Assembly (NCBI GenBank): GCA_012728095.1
Contig: JAAYFU010000022.1
Location: forward strand, 33,350-97,349
Length of the DNA: 64,000 bases
Source of the DNA: Clostridiaceae bacterium
GTDB taxonomy: Bacteria; Bacillota; Clostridia; DSM-8532
Direction of reading: 5' to 3'
Numbering within the stretch: the first letter of the stretch is position 1; the number at the start of each line of letters is the position of its first letter. The notes under the pieces are model-generated. The model was not told the DNA's origin, ran no database searches, and was given only the letters and a program-made list of their open reading frames with translations. Position numbers and translations under genes: made by a program. This document shows positions 41,245-52,043 of the stretch, piece after piece.

Positions 41245-41643
41245 ATGAAGTATATAGTAACTATTAATGATAAGAATTATGAGGTTGAAGTTGAACGTGG
41301 ACAGGCAACAATTGTTAAAACCACACCGGTTGCTGCTCCTGCTCCACAACCCGCAGCAGCGCCGGCTGCTCCGGCTGCTCCAACCGCTCCGGCTGCCCAA
41401 CCGGTTCAAGCTGCACCTGCCAATGTATCCGGTGAACCTGTTAAAGCTCCCATGCCGGGGACCATATTGGATATAAAGGTCAATCCGGGTGCGTCTGTCA
41501 AAGAAGGCGATATTCTCATTATCCTGGAAGCCATGAAAATGGAGAACGAGATATTGGCTCCCAGGAACGGAGTCGTATCGCAAATTCTTACTTCAAAAGG
41601 TGCATCCGTGTCAACCGGCGATGTGCTGCTGACATTGAATTAG
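41245..41643 (+). CDS. Biotin carboxyl carrier protein of the decarboxylase (biotinyl domain)
   Basis: 132 aa. An Ala/Pro-rich linker is followed by the biotinylation motif LEAMKMENEI. Confidence 0.9.
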   Translation: MKYIVTINDKNYEVEVERGQATIVKTTPVAAPAPQPAAAPAAPAAPTAPAAQPVQAAPANVSGEPVKAPMPGTILDIKVNPGASVKEGDILIILEAMKMENEILAPRNGVVSQILTSKGASVSTGDVLLTLN

Positions 41644-41658
41644 GGGGTAAGATTATCC

Positions 41659-42804
41659 ATGACGTATTCATTAACAGATACATTATTAAAGATATGGGAA
41701 ATGTCCGGCTTTGCCAATGCAACATGGCAGCAGCTGGTAATGATCCTTGTATCCTTTGTTCTGATTTACCTGGCCGTTGTTAAGCATTTTGAGCCCCTTT
41801 TACTGTTGCCCATAGCTTTTGGAATGTTATTGGCAAATTTCCCTATGACTGACCTTTTGGCCGGGCCTTTAGGCGACCAGCCGGGCGGATTATTATACTA
41901 TATTTACCAGGGCGTAGAGCTGGGTATATACCCGCCGCTGATTTTCCTCGGCATTGGCGCAATGACTGATTTCGGTCCGCTGATTGCAAGACCTTCCAGC
42001 CTGTTTTTAGGCGCCGCTGCCCAATTTGGAATATACATTGCCTTTTTATTGGCGCTTGCTTTAGGCTTTTCGCCGGAAGCAGCGGCATCCATAGGAATCA
42101 TCGGAGGAGCCGATGGACCGACCGCAATCTGGCTGACAACTAAGTTATATCAGGATTTGCTCCCGGCCATAGCCATTGCCGCGTACTCCTATATGGCATT
42201 GATACCAATGATCCAGCCACCTATTATGAGACTTCTGACCACCAAGAAGGAAAGAGAAGTCAAAATGGTACAATTAAGGGAAGTATCCAAAGCTGAAAAA
42301 ATTGTATTCCCCGTTGTTGTATCAACTTTATGCATTCTTCTCCTTCCCTCGGTAGCACCGCTTATAGGTATGCTGATGCTGGGAAATCTTCTCAGAGAAT
42401 CAGGTGTGACGGAAAGATTGTCTAAAACAGCCCAGAATGAGCTTATGAATATTGTAACGATATTCCTGGGAGTATCTGTCGGGGCTAAAGCAGTAGGTGA
42501 AAAATTCCTCCAGCTGGAAACTATAAAAGTAATTATTTTAGGCTTGGTGGCATTCGCTTTCAGCACCGTTGGCGGTTTACTTTTAGGTAAACTCATGTGC
42601 TGGCTTTCAGGCGGAAAAGTCAATCCTCTTATTGGTTCTGCCGGAGTATCGGCTGTACCGATGGCCGCAAGAGTATCCCAGATTGAGGGGCAAAAGGCCA
42701 ACCCCAGCAACTTCCTGCTTATGCATGCTATGGGACCTAATGTAGCAGGGGTTATAGGTTCCGCGGTTGCCGCAGGTATCTTCTATGCTTTGTTTGGAGG
42801 ATAA
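41659..42804 (+). CDS. oadB: Sodium ion-translocating decarboxylase beta subunit
   Basis: 381 aa, polytopic. [10 protein letters not shown] and [14 protein letters not shown] motifs are typical of OadB/GcdB/MmdB. Confidence 0.92.
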   Translation: MTYSLTDTLLKIWEMSGFANATWQQLVMILVSFVLIYLAVVKHFEPLLLLPIAFGMLLANFPMTDLLAGPLGDQPGGLLYYIYQGVELGIYPPLIFLGIGAMTDFGPLIARPSSLFLGAAAQFGIYIAFLLALALGFSPEAAASIGIIGGADGPTAIWLTTKLYQDLLPAIAIAAYSYMALIPMIQPPIMRLLTTKKEREVKMVQLREVSKAEKIVFPVVVSTLCILLLPSVAPLIGMLMLGNLLRESGVTERLSKTAQNELMNIVTIFLGVSVGAKAVGEKFLQLETIKVIILGLVAFAFSTVGGLLLGKLMCWLSGGKVNPLIGSAGVSAVPMAARVSQIEGQKANPSNFLLMHAMGPNVAGVIGSAVAAGIFYALFGG

Positions 42805-42820
42805 ATCTTAAGGAATAATT

Positions 42821-42851
42821 AAGGACTGTTTCAGCTGAAACAGTCCTTTTA
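42821..42851. terminator. Bidirectional terminator between the oad operon and glnN
   Basis: Perfect palindrome AAGGACTGTTTCAG/CTGAAACAGTCCTT, followed by TTT on the plus strand. Confidence 0.85.
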
Positions 42852-42881
42852 TATTGGAAGAGATGTGTTGATAGCAATACA

Positions 42882-44987
42882 TCAAATTAGTCCAAACAAT
42901 AAATCCCCATAAGTAGGAATAGGCCAAAGGCTTGCATCCATCATACTTTCAAGCTTATCGGCGTCTTTCCTCAAATCTTCCATAATGGGAAGCACCATTT
43001 CCTGGTATGCCCTTGCCTTTATCAATGTATCTCCGGTCATTTTATCAAGAGTTTCAATAGATTCATTAAGGGCATCGGCATCAATTTTAAGACTGGATGT
43101 AAGGACCACCAATTTATCCAAGGTCTTTTTTGCTGACTTTGAGTCGGCTCCTGCGGAATTTAAGGCAGATACCGTATCAGCAACGCGTTTAACATAGCGC
43201 AGCGCTGCAGGGAGAATCTGCTGGTTTATCATTTCAGCCATGGTCAGAGCTTCTATCCTCAATGTTTTTATATAGTTCTCCAACTGTATTTCATACCTGG
43301 AATAAACCTCGGAGGGAGTTAAAACCCCGGTTCTCTTAAATAATTCGATGTTTTTCTCAGCAATCAGAGCCGGAATGGCATCAACCGCCGTTTTCAGATT
43401 CGGCAGGCCTCTTCTTTCGGCTTCAGCGATCCATTCATCGGAATAATTATTACCGTTGAAGATTATACGTTTATGTTTCTTAATAATATCTTTGACAACA
43501 TTATGTACTTCTGTCTGGAAATCCGATGCTTTTTCAAGCCTGTCGGCAATCTGGTTGAGAGCGTCAGCCACTATGGTGTTGATTATAAAATTCGGAGTTG
43601 CTATTGATTGGGACGCTCCCACCATTCTGAACTCAAATTTATTACCTGTAAACGCAAACGGCGATGTCCTGTTTCTGTCGGTTGTATCCTTAGGCAGGAC
43701 GGGCAGAGTCGAAACCCCTATTTCCAGCGTTTTGCAGTTCCCGTTGTCCCTGGCCACGCCTGTTTCAATCTGTTCGAAAATACTTGTCAGTTCTTCCCCA
43801 AGATAAATAGAAACAATCGCAGGAGGCGCCTCATTCGATCCCAACCGGTGATCGTTTCCCGCGGATGCTACCGAATAACGCAGTAAATCCGCATATTCAT
43901 CCACGGCTTTAATCACGGCGCATACAAAGATAAGGAATTGTGCGTTATCAAGCGGAGTAGTACCGGAATCCAGCAGATTTTTCCCTTCATTGGTAGAAAG
44001 GGACCAGTTATTATGTTTACCTGAACCGTTTACTCCCGCAAAGGGTTTTTCATGTAGCAAACATGCCAGACCATGTTTGTTTGCAACGCTTTTCATAACC
44101 TCCATTGTCAGCTGGTTATGGTCGGTGGCAATATTGGCTGTTGTGTATATGGGCGCAAGTTCATGCTGAGCAGGAGCGACTTCATTATGCTTGGTTTTGG
44201 CGCTAACTCCAAGTTTCCATAGTTCTATGTCAAGTTCATGCATGAACTGGGATACCCTGTCCTTAAGATTACCAAAATAATGATCATCAAGCTCCTGGCC
44301 TTTTGGCGGTCTCGCGCCGAAAAGGGTTCTTCCCGTATAAATCAGATCCTTTCTTTTAAGGTAGTATTCCTTATCGACCAGAAAATACTCCTGTTCCGCT
44401 CCCATGGTTGTTACGACATTCTTTGTGGTGGTATCGCCGAACAGGCGCAATATCCTGAGGGCAGCTTTTGAAATTGCTTGCATTGATCTTAAAAGAGGAG
44501 TCTTAAGATCCAGGGCTTCTCCGGTATAAGAACAGAATGCGGTGGGTATATACAATGTCCTGTCCCTGATAAATGCAGGAGAAGTACAATCCCATGCGGT
44601 ATATCCCCTGGCTTCAAATGTCATTCTCAAACCACCCGAAGGAAAGGAGGACGCGTCAGGCTCGCCTTTTATGAGTTCTTTACTGGAAAATTCCATAATA
44701 GCTCTTCCATCGCCGGTGGGAGTCAGGAAGGAATCGTGTTTGCCGGCGGTAACTCCTGTCATAGGCTGAAACCAGTGGGTATAGTGAGTGGCTCCTTTTT
44801 CAACCGCCCAGTCCTTCATAACGCAGGCAACAACCTCAGCAACATCCGGATCCAGTGGCAAGCCTAAATTAATGGTTTCCTTTAATTTTTTATAAGTGGC
44901 TTTCGGTAATCTTTCCCGCATTACAAAATCATTAAAAACATTTGAGCCGAATATTTCTGAACTGAATACCCCGGTATCATTCGCCAT
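42882..44987 (-). CDS. glnN: Glutamine synthetase type III
   Basis: 701 aa. The N-terminus ...[23 protein letters not shown]...[14 protein letters not shown] and the size are characteristic of GSIII. The catalytic-domain motif [10 protein letters not shown] is present. Confidence 0.92.
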   Translation of the reverse strand: MANDTGVFSSEIFGSNVFNDFVMRERLPKATYKKLKETINLGLPLDPDVAEVVACVMKDWAVEKGATHYTHWFQPMTGVTAGKHDSFLTPTGDGRAIMEFSSKELIKGEPDASSFPSGGLRMTFEARGYTAWDCTSPAFIRDRTLYIPTAFCSYTGEALDLKTPLLRSMQAISKAALRILRLFGDTTTKNVVTTMGAEQEYFLVDKEYYLKRKDLIYTGRTLFGARPPKGQELDDHYFGNLKDRVSQFMHELDIELWKLGVSAKTKHNEVAPAQHELAPIYTTANIATDHNQLTMEVMKSVANKHGLACLLHEKPFAGVNGSGKHNNWSLSTNEGKNLLDSGTTPLDNAQFLIFVCAVIKAVDEYADLLRYSVASAGNDHRLGSNEAPPAIVSIYLGEELTSIFEQIETGVARDNGNCKTLEIGVSTLPVLPKDTTDRNRTSPFAFTGNKFEFRMVGASQSIATPNFIINTIVADALNQIADRLEKASDFQTEVHNVVKDIIKKHKRIIFNGNNYSDEWIAEAERRGLPNLKTAVDAIPALIAEKNIELFKRTGVLTPSEVYSRYEIQLENYIKTLRIEALTMAEMINQQILPAALRYVKRVADTVSALNSAGADSKSAKKTLDKLVVLTSSLKIDADALNESIETLDKMTGDTLIKARAYQEMVLPIMEDLRKDADKLESMMDASLWPIPTYGDLLFGLI

Positions 44988-45007
44988 TTTTAGTCCCCCT
45001 TAATATG

Positions 45008-45038
45008 CAAAAGGCGTTTATTTATTTTCAAAACGCCT
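45008..45038 (-). terminator. Leader hairpin/terminator inside the glnN 5' UTR
   Basis: Minus strand: AAGGCGUUU-UGAAAAUAAAU-AAACGCCUU followed by UUGCAUAUU. It ends about 12 nt before the AAGGGGGA RBS. Confidence 0.55.
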
Positions 45039-45072
45039 TCTGAAATTATCAAATATGCAATATTTTTTACTG

Positions 45073-45101
45073 ATTATAACAAATACAATATTTGGCGTCA
45101 A
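45073..45101 (-). promoter_or_regulatory. Candidate sigma-A promoter of glnN
   Basis: Minus strand: TTGACG (45101-45096), 17-nt spacer, TATAAT (45078-45073). Confidence 0.6.
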
Positions 45102-45237
45102 TTTGTATTTAATATGCTTCATGCTATACATCGGGTAAAACCGATATAAATAATTATATTTTTTTGTTTTAACTTTTTATACGGTTATTATCTATAATAT
45201 TTACAGCTGACATTAATTCCTTTATTAGATATTTTAA

Positions 45238-45282
45238 TAAAACAAAGAACATAAATCGGACTAAGCCGTTTCAGTCCGATTT
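45238..45282 (-). terminator. Probable terminator of the GGDEF gene
   Basis: Minus strand: AAATCGGACT-GAAACGGCTT-AGTCCGATTT, a 10-bp stem that includes the stop codon, followed by a T-rich stretch ATGTTCTTTGTTTT. Confidence 0.45.
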
Positions 45283-46298
45283 CTTCCCCCGTTTTTAGCC
45301 ATATAAAGTGCGGTGTCGGCTCTTTTCATCAAATCTTCCACTTTATCGCCTTCCTGGTATGAAGTTACTCCGAAACTCACCGTTATATTCCCTATACCCT
45401 TAAAATAATGCTTTTCGATATTCTTGCGGGCTCTTTCGGCGGTAGTAACAGCCGACCAGATTGTGGCGTCAGGAAGCAGAACGGCAAACTCCTCTCCTCC
45501 GATTCTGGCCAATACATCGGATTTTCTCAGATCTTTCCTGACGATTTCTACAAGGGTTTTCAATACTTCATCACCGACACTGTGTCCATATGTATCATTG
45601 ATACTCTTAAAATAATCTATATCAAACATAATAAGCGCAAATTCGGTATTTTTTCTTTCAGCCCTGGCGATCTCATTCTTTGTGTACTCAATAAAATATC
45701 TCCTGCTGTGGGCTTTTGTCAAATTGTCATAAGCTGCAAAGGTTTCCAGGTTGTCATATACATACTTTTTAGTAATAAAAATAAGTATTACGGCAAAAAC
45801 CAACATCAATATCAAAAACACTAACGGAAGTACGAGATTATTAACCTTGTTTTCGGCTATAGACTGATTTTTTTGAATTGCCAGGTCAATGCTTTCCCAG
45901 CATTCCTCGCTGCGGCCTACCAGAAGCTTTCTATAATAATCACTGGGATTATTCCTGTATAATTTCGCAATAAGTTTAAGCTCTTCCCAATACTTTTCAG
46001 CTTCAGCAAGATAAGGAGTATCCAGTTTTTTTTGTGCATCAAAAATATTATCAATCGTATCTTTTATATGTTCGTTATCACCTTTGGCTAGCTCTAATTT
46101 TACGAATCTTTGAATAGAACCCCTTATGGTTCCCAGTTGATTAATAATCCCGACATCTCCTTCTACCAGCCTTATATGTCGCTGAAACAGGTAAATATTT
46201 ATGCCTGAGAAAACTATTAAAATCAAAATGAGCATAAAGATAAACTTAGATTGCCTCTTCGTACCGGATCCCCCCCAAAGCCATAAAAATACAATCAT
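45261..46298 (-). CDS. Diguanylate cyclase (GGDEF) with extracytoplasmic helical sensor domain
   Basis: 345 aa with two TM helices flanking a sensor region of about 130 aa. The C-terminal GGDEF domain has RIGGEEFAVLL and an RxxD I-site candidate (RKSD). Confidence 0.88.
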   Translation of the reverse strand: MIVFLWLWGGSGTKRQSKFIFMLILILIVFSGINIYLFQRHIRLVEGDVGIINQLGTIRGSIQRFVKLELAKGDNEHIKDTIDNIFDAQKKLDTPYLAEAEKYWEELKLIAKLYRNNPSDYYRKLLVGRSEECWESIDLAIQKNQSIAENKVNNLVLPLVFLILMLVFAVILIFITKKYVYDNLETFAAYDNLTKAHSRRYFIEYTKNEIARAERKNTEFALIMFDIDYFKSINDTYGHSVGDEVLKTLVEIVRKDLRKSDVLARIGGEEFAVLLPDATIWSAVTTAERARKNIEKHYFKGIGNITVSFGVTSYQEGDKVEDLMKRADTALYMAKNGGRNRTETA

Positions 46299-46334
46299 GT
46301 TTATTTTATATTTTATATTTTAAAATATAATAAA

Positions 46335-47252
46335 TTAAAAGCCTCGTTGCCTTAATACTTCAAACATCATAATCCCTGCTGCAACGCCTGCGTTTAACGA
46401 TGAAATCACACCCTTCATGGGTATTTTAACCATAATATCGCATTCGCTTTTTACAAGCCTGGATAAACCTTCCCCCTCACTTCCGATAACAACAGCTATC
46501 GGACCGGTAAGATCCGCATCCTGAAAACCGACTTCACCGGCCATGTCCGCGCCTATCACCCACAAACCTTCATTTTTTAGTGTTCTCAGGGTCTGAACCA
46601 GGTTTGTGACTCGTGCTACGTTAACATATTCCAATGCTCCCGCCGCTACTTTCGCCACTGTCGCATTCAATGCCGCGGAACGGCGCTTGGGAAGGATTAT
46701 GCCATGAACCCCTGCACATTCGGCACTTCTTATTATCGATCCTAAATTATTCGGATCGGTTATGCCGTCAAGAACAAGTACAAACGGCTTTTCTCCTTTT
46801 TCTTCTGCGGCCTTCATTATATCATCGATCCCGACATATTCCTTTGCCGCTACCTCCAGGATAACACCCTGATGGGCTCTTGTCTGAGAGATGGCATCAA
46901 GCTTGTTACGCTCAAGATATTGGATCGGAATATCCTTTTCTCTTGCCATGGCAATGATTCTCAATACCAGTACATCCTGGCTGTCTTTTTCGACAAAGAG
47001 TTTATTTAAAGGCCGCCCCGATCTTATGGCCTCAAAAACGGAATTTTTCCCTTCCACCCTGTCTTCTCTGTCAATATAATCGGTCTCATTGAATAATTTG
47101 ATATCTTTTCCGGTGTGAGCTGCTTCCCGGACATGGCCTGTAATATCGGTACCTTTGCCTGTTCCTTTTTTCATTGTTTTGTTTTCAGTGTTTTCCCTGT
47201 TGGCACTTTTTCTTAACCCGCCTTGGCCGCTTTTACCGGTTTTCTTTTTCAT
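46335..47252 (-). CDS. rlmB: 23S rRNA (guanosine-2'-O)-methyltransferase RlmB (SpoU/TrmH family)
   Basis: 305 aa with a Lys/Gly-rich N-terminal extension. SpoU substrate-binding and SPOUT motifs are present (LVLDGITDPNNLGSIIRSA, IGSEGEGLS, SLNAGVAAGI). The mrnC-rlmB pairing supports the call. Confidence 0.9.
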   Translation of the reverse strand: MKKKTGKSGQGGLRKSANRENTENKTMKKGTGKGTDITGHVREAAHTGKDIKLFNETDYIDREDRVEGKNSVFEAIRSGRPLNKLFVEKDSQDVLVLRIIAMAREKDIPIQYLERNKLDAISQTRAHQGVILEVAAKEYVGIDDIMKAAEEKGEKPFVLVLDGITDPNNLGSIIRSAECAGVHGIILPKRRSAALNATVAKVAAGALEYVNVARVTNLVQTLRTLKNEGLWVIGADMAGEVGFQDADLTGPIAVVIGSEGEGLSRLVKSECDIMVKIPMKGVISSLNAGVAAGIMMFEVLRQRGF

Positions 47253-47330
47253 ACTTCCGCCTCTTGTCTTTCTTCTCTTAAAAGCACATTTTGATTTTTT
47301 AGGTTTATTATAGGAAAAAGTTTTTCTTTA

Positions 47331-47768
47331 TTACCTGCCTTGTGTCCCATGCATCTCAATAATGCCGGCAGCCTGTTCCATCAATTGATAAAGTCTTTCC
47401 TTCTGTTTTGTCAAATACAAATAACCCAATAATGCCTCGAATCCGGTAGCATACTTGTAATCCTGGACTTCCGCATTCTTGGGTATAGTAGTAGATTTAG
47501 CATTTCTTCCCCTCCTGAAAATGTAGGCTTCTTCCTCTGTAAAAATATCCATTAAGGCCTTTGAGATTTTTGACTGGGAAGATGCCTTTACATAATCAGT
47601 AGCTAAAATATGCAGCTGGTGAGAAGTCCCTTTCTTATTCATAATTAATCTTTCCCGTATGAAAAGATTAAATACCGCATCTCCTATAAAGGCCAGAAGA
47701 GAGGGCTGCATAAGCCTTGCTTCATCCGGTATTTCCAAGCCCAAAAAAATCGCCCCCGTTTTTCTCAC
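47331..47768 (-). CDS. mrnC: Mini-ribonuclease III
   Basis: 145 aa. LAFIGDAVFNLFIRE (RNase III signature), and the protein lacks a dsRBD. Confidence 0.88.
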   Translation of the reverse strand: MRKTGAIFLGLEIPDEARLMQPSLLAFIGDAVFNLFIRERLIMNKKGTSHQLHILATDYVKASSQSKISKALMDIFTEEEAYIFRRGRNAKSTTIPKNAEVQDYKYATGFEALLGYLYLTKQKERLYQLMEQAAGIIEMHGTQGR

Positions 47769-47799
47769 TTATAAATATCAATCAATAGCCGTATGTAAG

Positions 47800-48186
47800 C
47801 TATATAAGTTCCCAAAGAGAGGGTATTTGAATAAACGGTAAAAAATCTCCCCAGCCAAGCAGAAGCGAAAACAAAAGATGAAGCAACGGAACTGCAACCA
47901 CTCCCAAAGCGAAATATTTCAAGGTTTGCTCGCTCTTCATCTTTAATGATAGAGGAGGCAAAAATACAGTCAAAAGAATCAGCAATATGTAATAAAGAAA
48001 GCCGGGAAGCTTTAATACATCGTTATATCGGCCGATGATAAGGCTTCCGTATACTGTTAGCATTCCGATTATATTAATCAAGAATGACTTTGATTTATAC
48101 TGACTTCCCATGACAATCCTAATAACGCATAAAAAAGCCAAATATGTTACCGCGGCCATTATAAGAAATCTAAAAGCATTATCCAC
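47800..48186 (-). CDS. Hypothetical small membrane protein (4 TM)
   Basis: 128 aa, four hydrophobic segments, no motif I recognise. It fills the gap between leuS and mrnC on the same strand. Confidence 0.5.
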   Translation of the reverse strand: MDNAFRFLIMAAVTYLAFLCVIRIVMGSQYKSKSFLINIIGMLTVYGSLIIGRYNDVLKLPGFLYYILLILLTVFLPPLSLKMKSEQTLKYFALGVVAVPLLHLLFSLLLGWGDFLPFIQIPSLWELI

Positions 48187-48197
48187 TTTTTACACCT

Positions 48198-50657
48198 CTA
48201 TCTTACGACAATATTGATTAACCGGCCTTTAACAACAATTATTTTGACTATATTTTTCCCTTCCAGGTATTGGGCCGAACGCGGATCTTTCTTAACAAGA
48301 TCTTCAATTTCTTTATCTTCTGCGTCAGTAGGCACATTTATTCTGAACTTGATTTGTCCGTTAAACTGAACGGCAATTTCTACCTCATCCTTTACCAGCG
48401 CTTTTTCGTCATGTACAGGCCAGCTCTGGTTGAAGATAAAGTCTTTCTCTCCTATTGTTTCCCACATTTCTTCGGCAAAATGAGGTGCAAATGGTGACAT
48501 AAGCTTTAACAGATCCTTTATGACATCCTCCATCAAACTGCGGTTTTTGTCCGGCTTCATATCATATTTATATATCGCGTTAACCAACTCCATCAGCCTT
48601 GCTATTGCCGTATTAAACTGGAACTGGTCGGTATCCTGGGTTACATTCTTGATTGTATAGTGCCGTACAAAATTAAGCTCCTTCTCATCGGGTCCCATGT
48701 TATTGGTAGATGGTTTTCCTCTTTCACTGACCACTTTTTCAATTAACCTGTCCACTCTTCCTATAAAGCGATCGATAGCCTTAATCCCGTCATCGCTCCA
48801 GGGACCTCCTTCAACATAGGCAAAGCCGAAGGCCAGATACATTCTGAAAACATCCGAACCATATTTGTTGATATATTCATCAGGGGTCACGGTATTGCCT
48901 CTGGACTTGGACATTTTTTGTCCGTCCGAGCCTAAAATCGTGCCTTGATGAACCAGCGAAAGGAAAGGCTCATCAAAATTGAGATAGCCCATATCTCTCA
49001 AAGCCTTTGTAACAAAGCGCGCATACAGAAGATGCATGGCAGCGTGCTCTGCTCCTCCCACATACTTGTCAACGGGAAGAATCTTATTGATCCATTCGGG
49101 ATCAAAGGCCTGCTTATCGTTTTTATTGTCCGGGTACCTTAAAAAATACCAGCTGGAGCAGACAAAAGTATCCAAAGTATCCGAATCCCTCTTGGCAGGG
49201 CCTCCGCAAGACGGACAAACAGTATTTATAAATGACTCGCATTTAGCTAGCGGGGACTCGCCGTCGGGAGTAAAGACCACATCATAAGGAAGCTCAACCG
49301 GCAATTGATCCTCGGGAACCGGAACAATGCCGCACTTTTCACAGTGAATAATCGGAATCGGAGCGCCCCAGTAGCGCTGTCTTGAAACAAGCCAGTCTCT
49401 TAAACGATAAGTAACCTTATGCTCACCTTTTCCCTGTTGGGAGAGCTTGTCGACAATTTTCCGACGGGCTTCTTCGGATGTGATTCCGTCAAACTCCTGG
49501 CTGTTGACTAAAACACCGTCTTCAACAAAAGGCAGAGTATCATCAACGCCGTCTTTACCCTTAATGACACGAATTATATCAAGCCCGTACTTGGTGGCAA
49601 ACTCGTAATCACGTTCGTCATGGGCCGGCACAGCCATAACGCACCCGGTTCCATATCCTGCTAATACATAATCGGCTATCCATATCGGAACTTTTTTGCC
49701 GGTCAGCGGATGAATAGCATATGCTCCGGTAAACACACCGGTTTTCTCCCGTACTGTTGAAAGCCTGTCAATCTCCGAAACCTTGTTAACCTGTTCGCGA
49801 TATTCCTCTACAGCTTCTCGTTGTTCAGGAGTGGTTATTATGTCGACCAGCTCATGTTCCGGTGCCAGAACCACATAAGTTACACCGTACAGCGTATCGG
49901 CACGGGTAGTAAATACATTGAACGTGATTTCTTCGGGGGGCTTGTCCCCGTTATCCACCTTAAACTCTATTTGGGCCCCTTCTGAACGTCCTATCCAGTT
50001 TGTCTGTATCTTCTTGGTCTTTTCAGGCCAATCCAGCGCCGGCAGACAATCCAATAACTCCTGCGCATACTCGGTAATTTTAAAGAACCATTGAGTCAGA
50101 TTCTTCCTGGTTACTTCGCTGCCACAACGCTCACATGCCCCGTCTACAACCTGCTCATTGGCAAGAACGGTCTTACAGCTGGGACACCAGTTAACCGGAG
50201 CTTTTTTCCGGTATGCAAGACCTTTTTTATACAATTGAAGGAATATCCATTGAGTCCATTTATAATATTCAGGAACGCATGTAATTACCTCATAGTCCCA
50301 ATCGAAGGTAGCCCCCATTTCTTTCAGCTGCCGTTCCATGGTCTCAATGTTTTTCATGGTAGAATCCATGGGATGTATTCCGGTCTTAATGGCATAGTTC
50401 TCGGCAGGAAGGCCGAAAGCATCGAAACCCTGGGGATGGAATACATTATATCCCTGCATCCTCTTCATTCTTGCCCATGAATCGGTGAGGCCGAAATTGT
50501 ACCAATGCCCTACGTGAAGATTAGCTCCTGACGGATAAGAAAACATTTCAAGGCAATATAGCTTTTTATCCAGATTATTCCGGTCAAACTTATATAATTT
50601 GCTTTCTTCCCATCTTTTCTGCCATTTTTTATCTACTTCCCTAGAATAACTCATCAC
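48198..50657 (-). CDS. leuS: Leucine--tRNA ligase
   Basis: About 819 aa. HVGHWYNF (HIGH) and KMSKSRGN (KMSKS) motifs, CP1 editing domain. I prefer ATG 50657 (GGAGGT RBS) over the track start at 50678. Confidence 0.95.
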   Translation of the reverse strand: MMSYSREVDKKWQKRWEESKLYKFDRNNLDKKLYCLEMFSYPSGANLHVGHWYNFGLTDSWARMKRMQGYNVFHPQGFDAFGLPAENYAIKTGIHPMDSTMKNIETMERQLKEMGATFDWDYEVITCVPEYYKWTQWIFLQLYKKGLAYRKKAPVNWCPSCKTVLANEQVVDGACERCGSEVTRKNLTQWFFKITEYAQELLDCLPALDWPEKTKKIQTNWIGRSEGAQIEFKVDNGDKPPEEITFNVFTTRADTLYGVTYVVLAPEHELVDIITTPEQREAVEEYREQVNKVSEIDRLSTVREKTGVFTGAYAIHPLTGKKVPIWIADYVLAGYGTGCVMAVPAHDERDYEFATKYGLDIIRVIKGKDGVDDTLPFVEDGVLVNSQEFDGITSEEARRKIVDKLSQQGKGEHKVTYRLRDWLVSRQRYWGAPIPIIHCEKCGIVPVPEDQLPVELPYDVVFTPDGESPLAKCESFINTVCPSCGGPAKRDSDTLDTFVCSSWYFLRYPDNKNDKQAFDPEWINKILPVDKYVGGAEHAAMHLLYARFVTKALRDMGYLNFDEPFLSLVHQGTILGSDGQKMSKSRGNTVTPDEYINKYGSDVFRMYLAFGFAYVEGGPWSDDGIKAIDRFIGRVDRLIEKVVSERGKPSTNNMGPDEKELNFVRHYTIKNVTQDTDQFQFNTAIARLMELVNAIYKYDMKPDKNRSLMEDVIKDLLKLMSPFAPHFAEEMWETIGEKDFIFNQSWPVHDEKALVKDEVEIAVQFNGQIKFRINVPTDAEDKEIEDLVKKDPRSAQYLEGKNIVKIIVVKGRLINIVVR

Positions 50658-50671
50658 AATACCTCCGAAAA

Positions 50672-51034
50672 TCAGCATTCCTTGTGTAGTTCCTGGATAT
50701 CAACAGGCTTTCCGTCCTGCCATAGTCTTTCAAGGTCATAATACTTTCTGTCTTCTTCATGGAATATGTGGACAATAACATCACCGTAGTCCAGCAAAAT
50801 CCATCTTGCATGATTATATCCTTCTATCCTTAAAGGGGTTAACCCGCTTTCCTCCAGCTTTTCAACCAGGTTATCGCTGAGAGCTTTTATATGAGTAACC
50901 GACGTGCCGCTCGCAATTACAAAATAATGCGTTATTGTCGTCAGCTCGTGAATGTCAATGACTTTGATATTTACTGCCTTCTTGTCCTCCAGCGCGTTAA
51001 TTACAAGATTTAAACCCTTGTGTTTAATTTCCAT
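50672..51034 (-). CDS. rsfS: Ribosome silencing factor RsfS
   Basis: 120 aa. ...[18 protein letters not shown]...[14 protein letters not shown]...YDLERLW is the RsfS/Iojap signature. Confidence 0.92.
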   Translation of the reverse strand: MEIKHKGLNLVINALEDKKAVNIKVIDIHELTTITHYFVIASGTSVTHIKALSDNLVEKLEESGLTPLRIEGYNHARWILLDYGDVIVHIFHEEDRKYYDLERLWQDGKPVDIQELHKEC

Positions 51035-51129
51035 AGGCTATATAAATCCTTCCTTTCCCATTAGCAACCTATGCTATTTGGATATTATACCATTAATGTG
51101 TTTTATCATCCATAATATAATACTAAAAT

Positions 51130-51990
51130 TTACATATTCCAGCGGGCATAGTTTCCGCAGGGAAGCACTATATCAGAATCGGCGACAGGCAGTCCTACTT
51201 CACCGCTTTGAACTTTTCCGCCGAATTTTCTTTTTATACATAATTCAAGCATGTTAGCCGCAACCCTGGGAGAAAAACCTGCAGTATAAGAATTAAGAAG
51301 GAAAAACAGCGGGTCTTTGCTCATAACATTAGTCAGGGTACTTACCAGTGAAAACAGTTCATCTTCGAGTTTCCACAGTTCTCCGTTAGGTCCCCTTCCG
51401 TATGAAGGGGGATCCATAATAATCGCATCGTAGAAACGTCCCCGCCTTATTTCTCTTTGGACAAATTTCATGCAGTCATCCACTATAAAACGCACCGGTT
51501 TGTCTCTCAGGTTTGACAGCTCAACGTTCTTTTTTGCCCAGTTTACCATGCCCTTTGAAGCATCAACGTGGCAAACCGAGGCTCCTGCCGCGAGGCAGGC
51601 ACATGTAGCGCCGCTTGTGTAGGCAAAAAGATTGAGAACCGAAATGGGCCTTTTCGATTCAATTATTTTTTCTGTCATCCAGTCCCAATTCACGGCCTGT
51701 TCCGGGAAAAGGCCGGTATGTTTAAATCCCGTGGGTTCTACATTAAAAGTCAGGTTTTTATATCTAATCGTCCAACTTTTTGGAAGACTGGTTTTGTATT
51801 CCCAATATCCACCGCCTGATTTACTCCGGTGATAATGGGCATGCACTTTGTCGCATATGCCTGGCTTCGTCCAGGGCCATATGGCTTGGGGATCAGGTCT
51901 TCTTAATATTATACCGTTCCAGCTTTCAACTTTTTCTCCGTTTCCGGCATCCAAAAGTTTATATTCAGTCCATTGATCGGCAATTAACAT
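51130..51990 (-). CDS. Class I SAM-dependent methyltransferase (COG1092, RlmI/RlmK-like)
   Basis: 286 aa. VLNLFAYTSGATCA (SAM-binding) and IIMDPPSYGRGP (catalytic DPPxY-like) motifs. Confidence 0.72.
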   Translation of the reverse strand: MLIADQWTEYKLLDAGNGEKVESWNGIILRRPDPQAIWPWTKPGICDKVHAHYHRSKSGGGYWEYKTSLPKSWTIRYKNLTFNVEPTGFKHTGLFPEQAVNWDWMTEKIIESKRPISVLNLFAYTSGATCACLAAGASVCHVDASKGMVNWAKKNVELSNLRDKPVRFIVDDCMKFVQREIRRGRFYDAIIMDPPSYGRGPNGELWKLEDELFSLVSTLTNVMSKDPLFFLLNSYTAGFSPRVAANMLELCIKRKFGGKVQSGEVGLPVADSDIVLPCGNYARWNM

Positions 51991-52043
51991 ATTATCTGAA
52001 CCTTTCTGATATACTTTATTATGTACCCGGACAGTTGAATCTG

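Noticed and set aside
41209-41583. 124-aa minus-strand ORF
   Set aside because: Antisense to the BCCP gene. Its Arg/Ser/Gly-rich repeats are the complement of the Ala/Pro linker codons.
50658-51130. T-box leader upstream of leuS
   Set aside because: leuS starts within a few nucleotides of the rsfS stop, so there is no space for a leader. It appears to be co-transcribed with rsfS.
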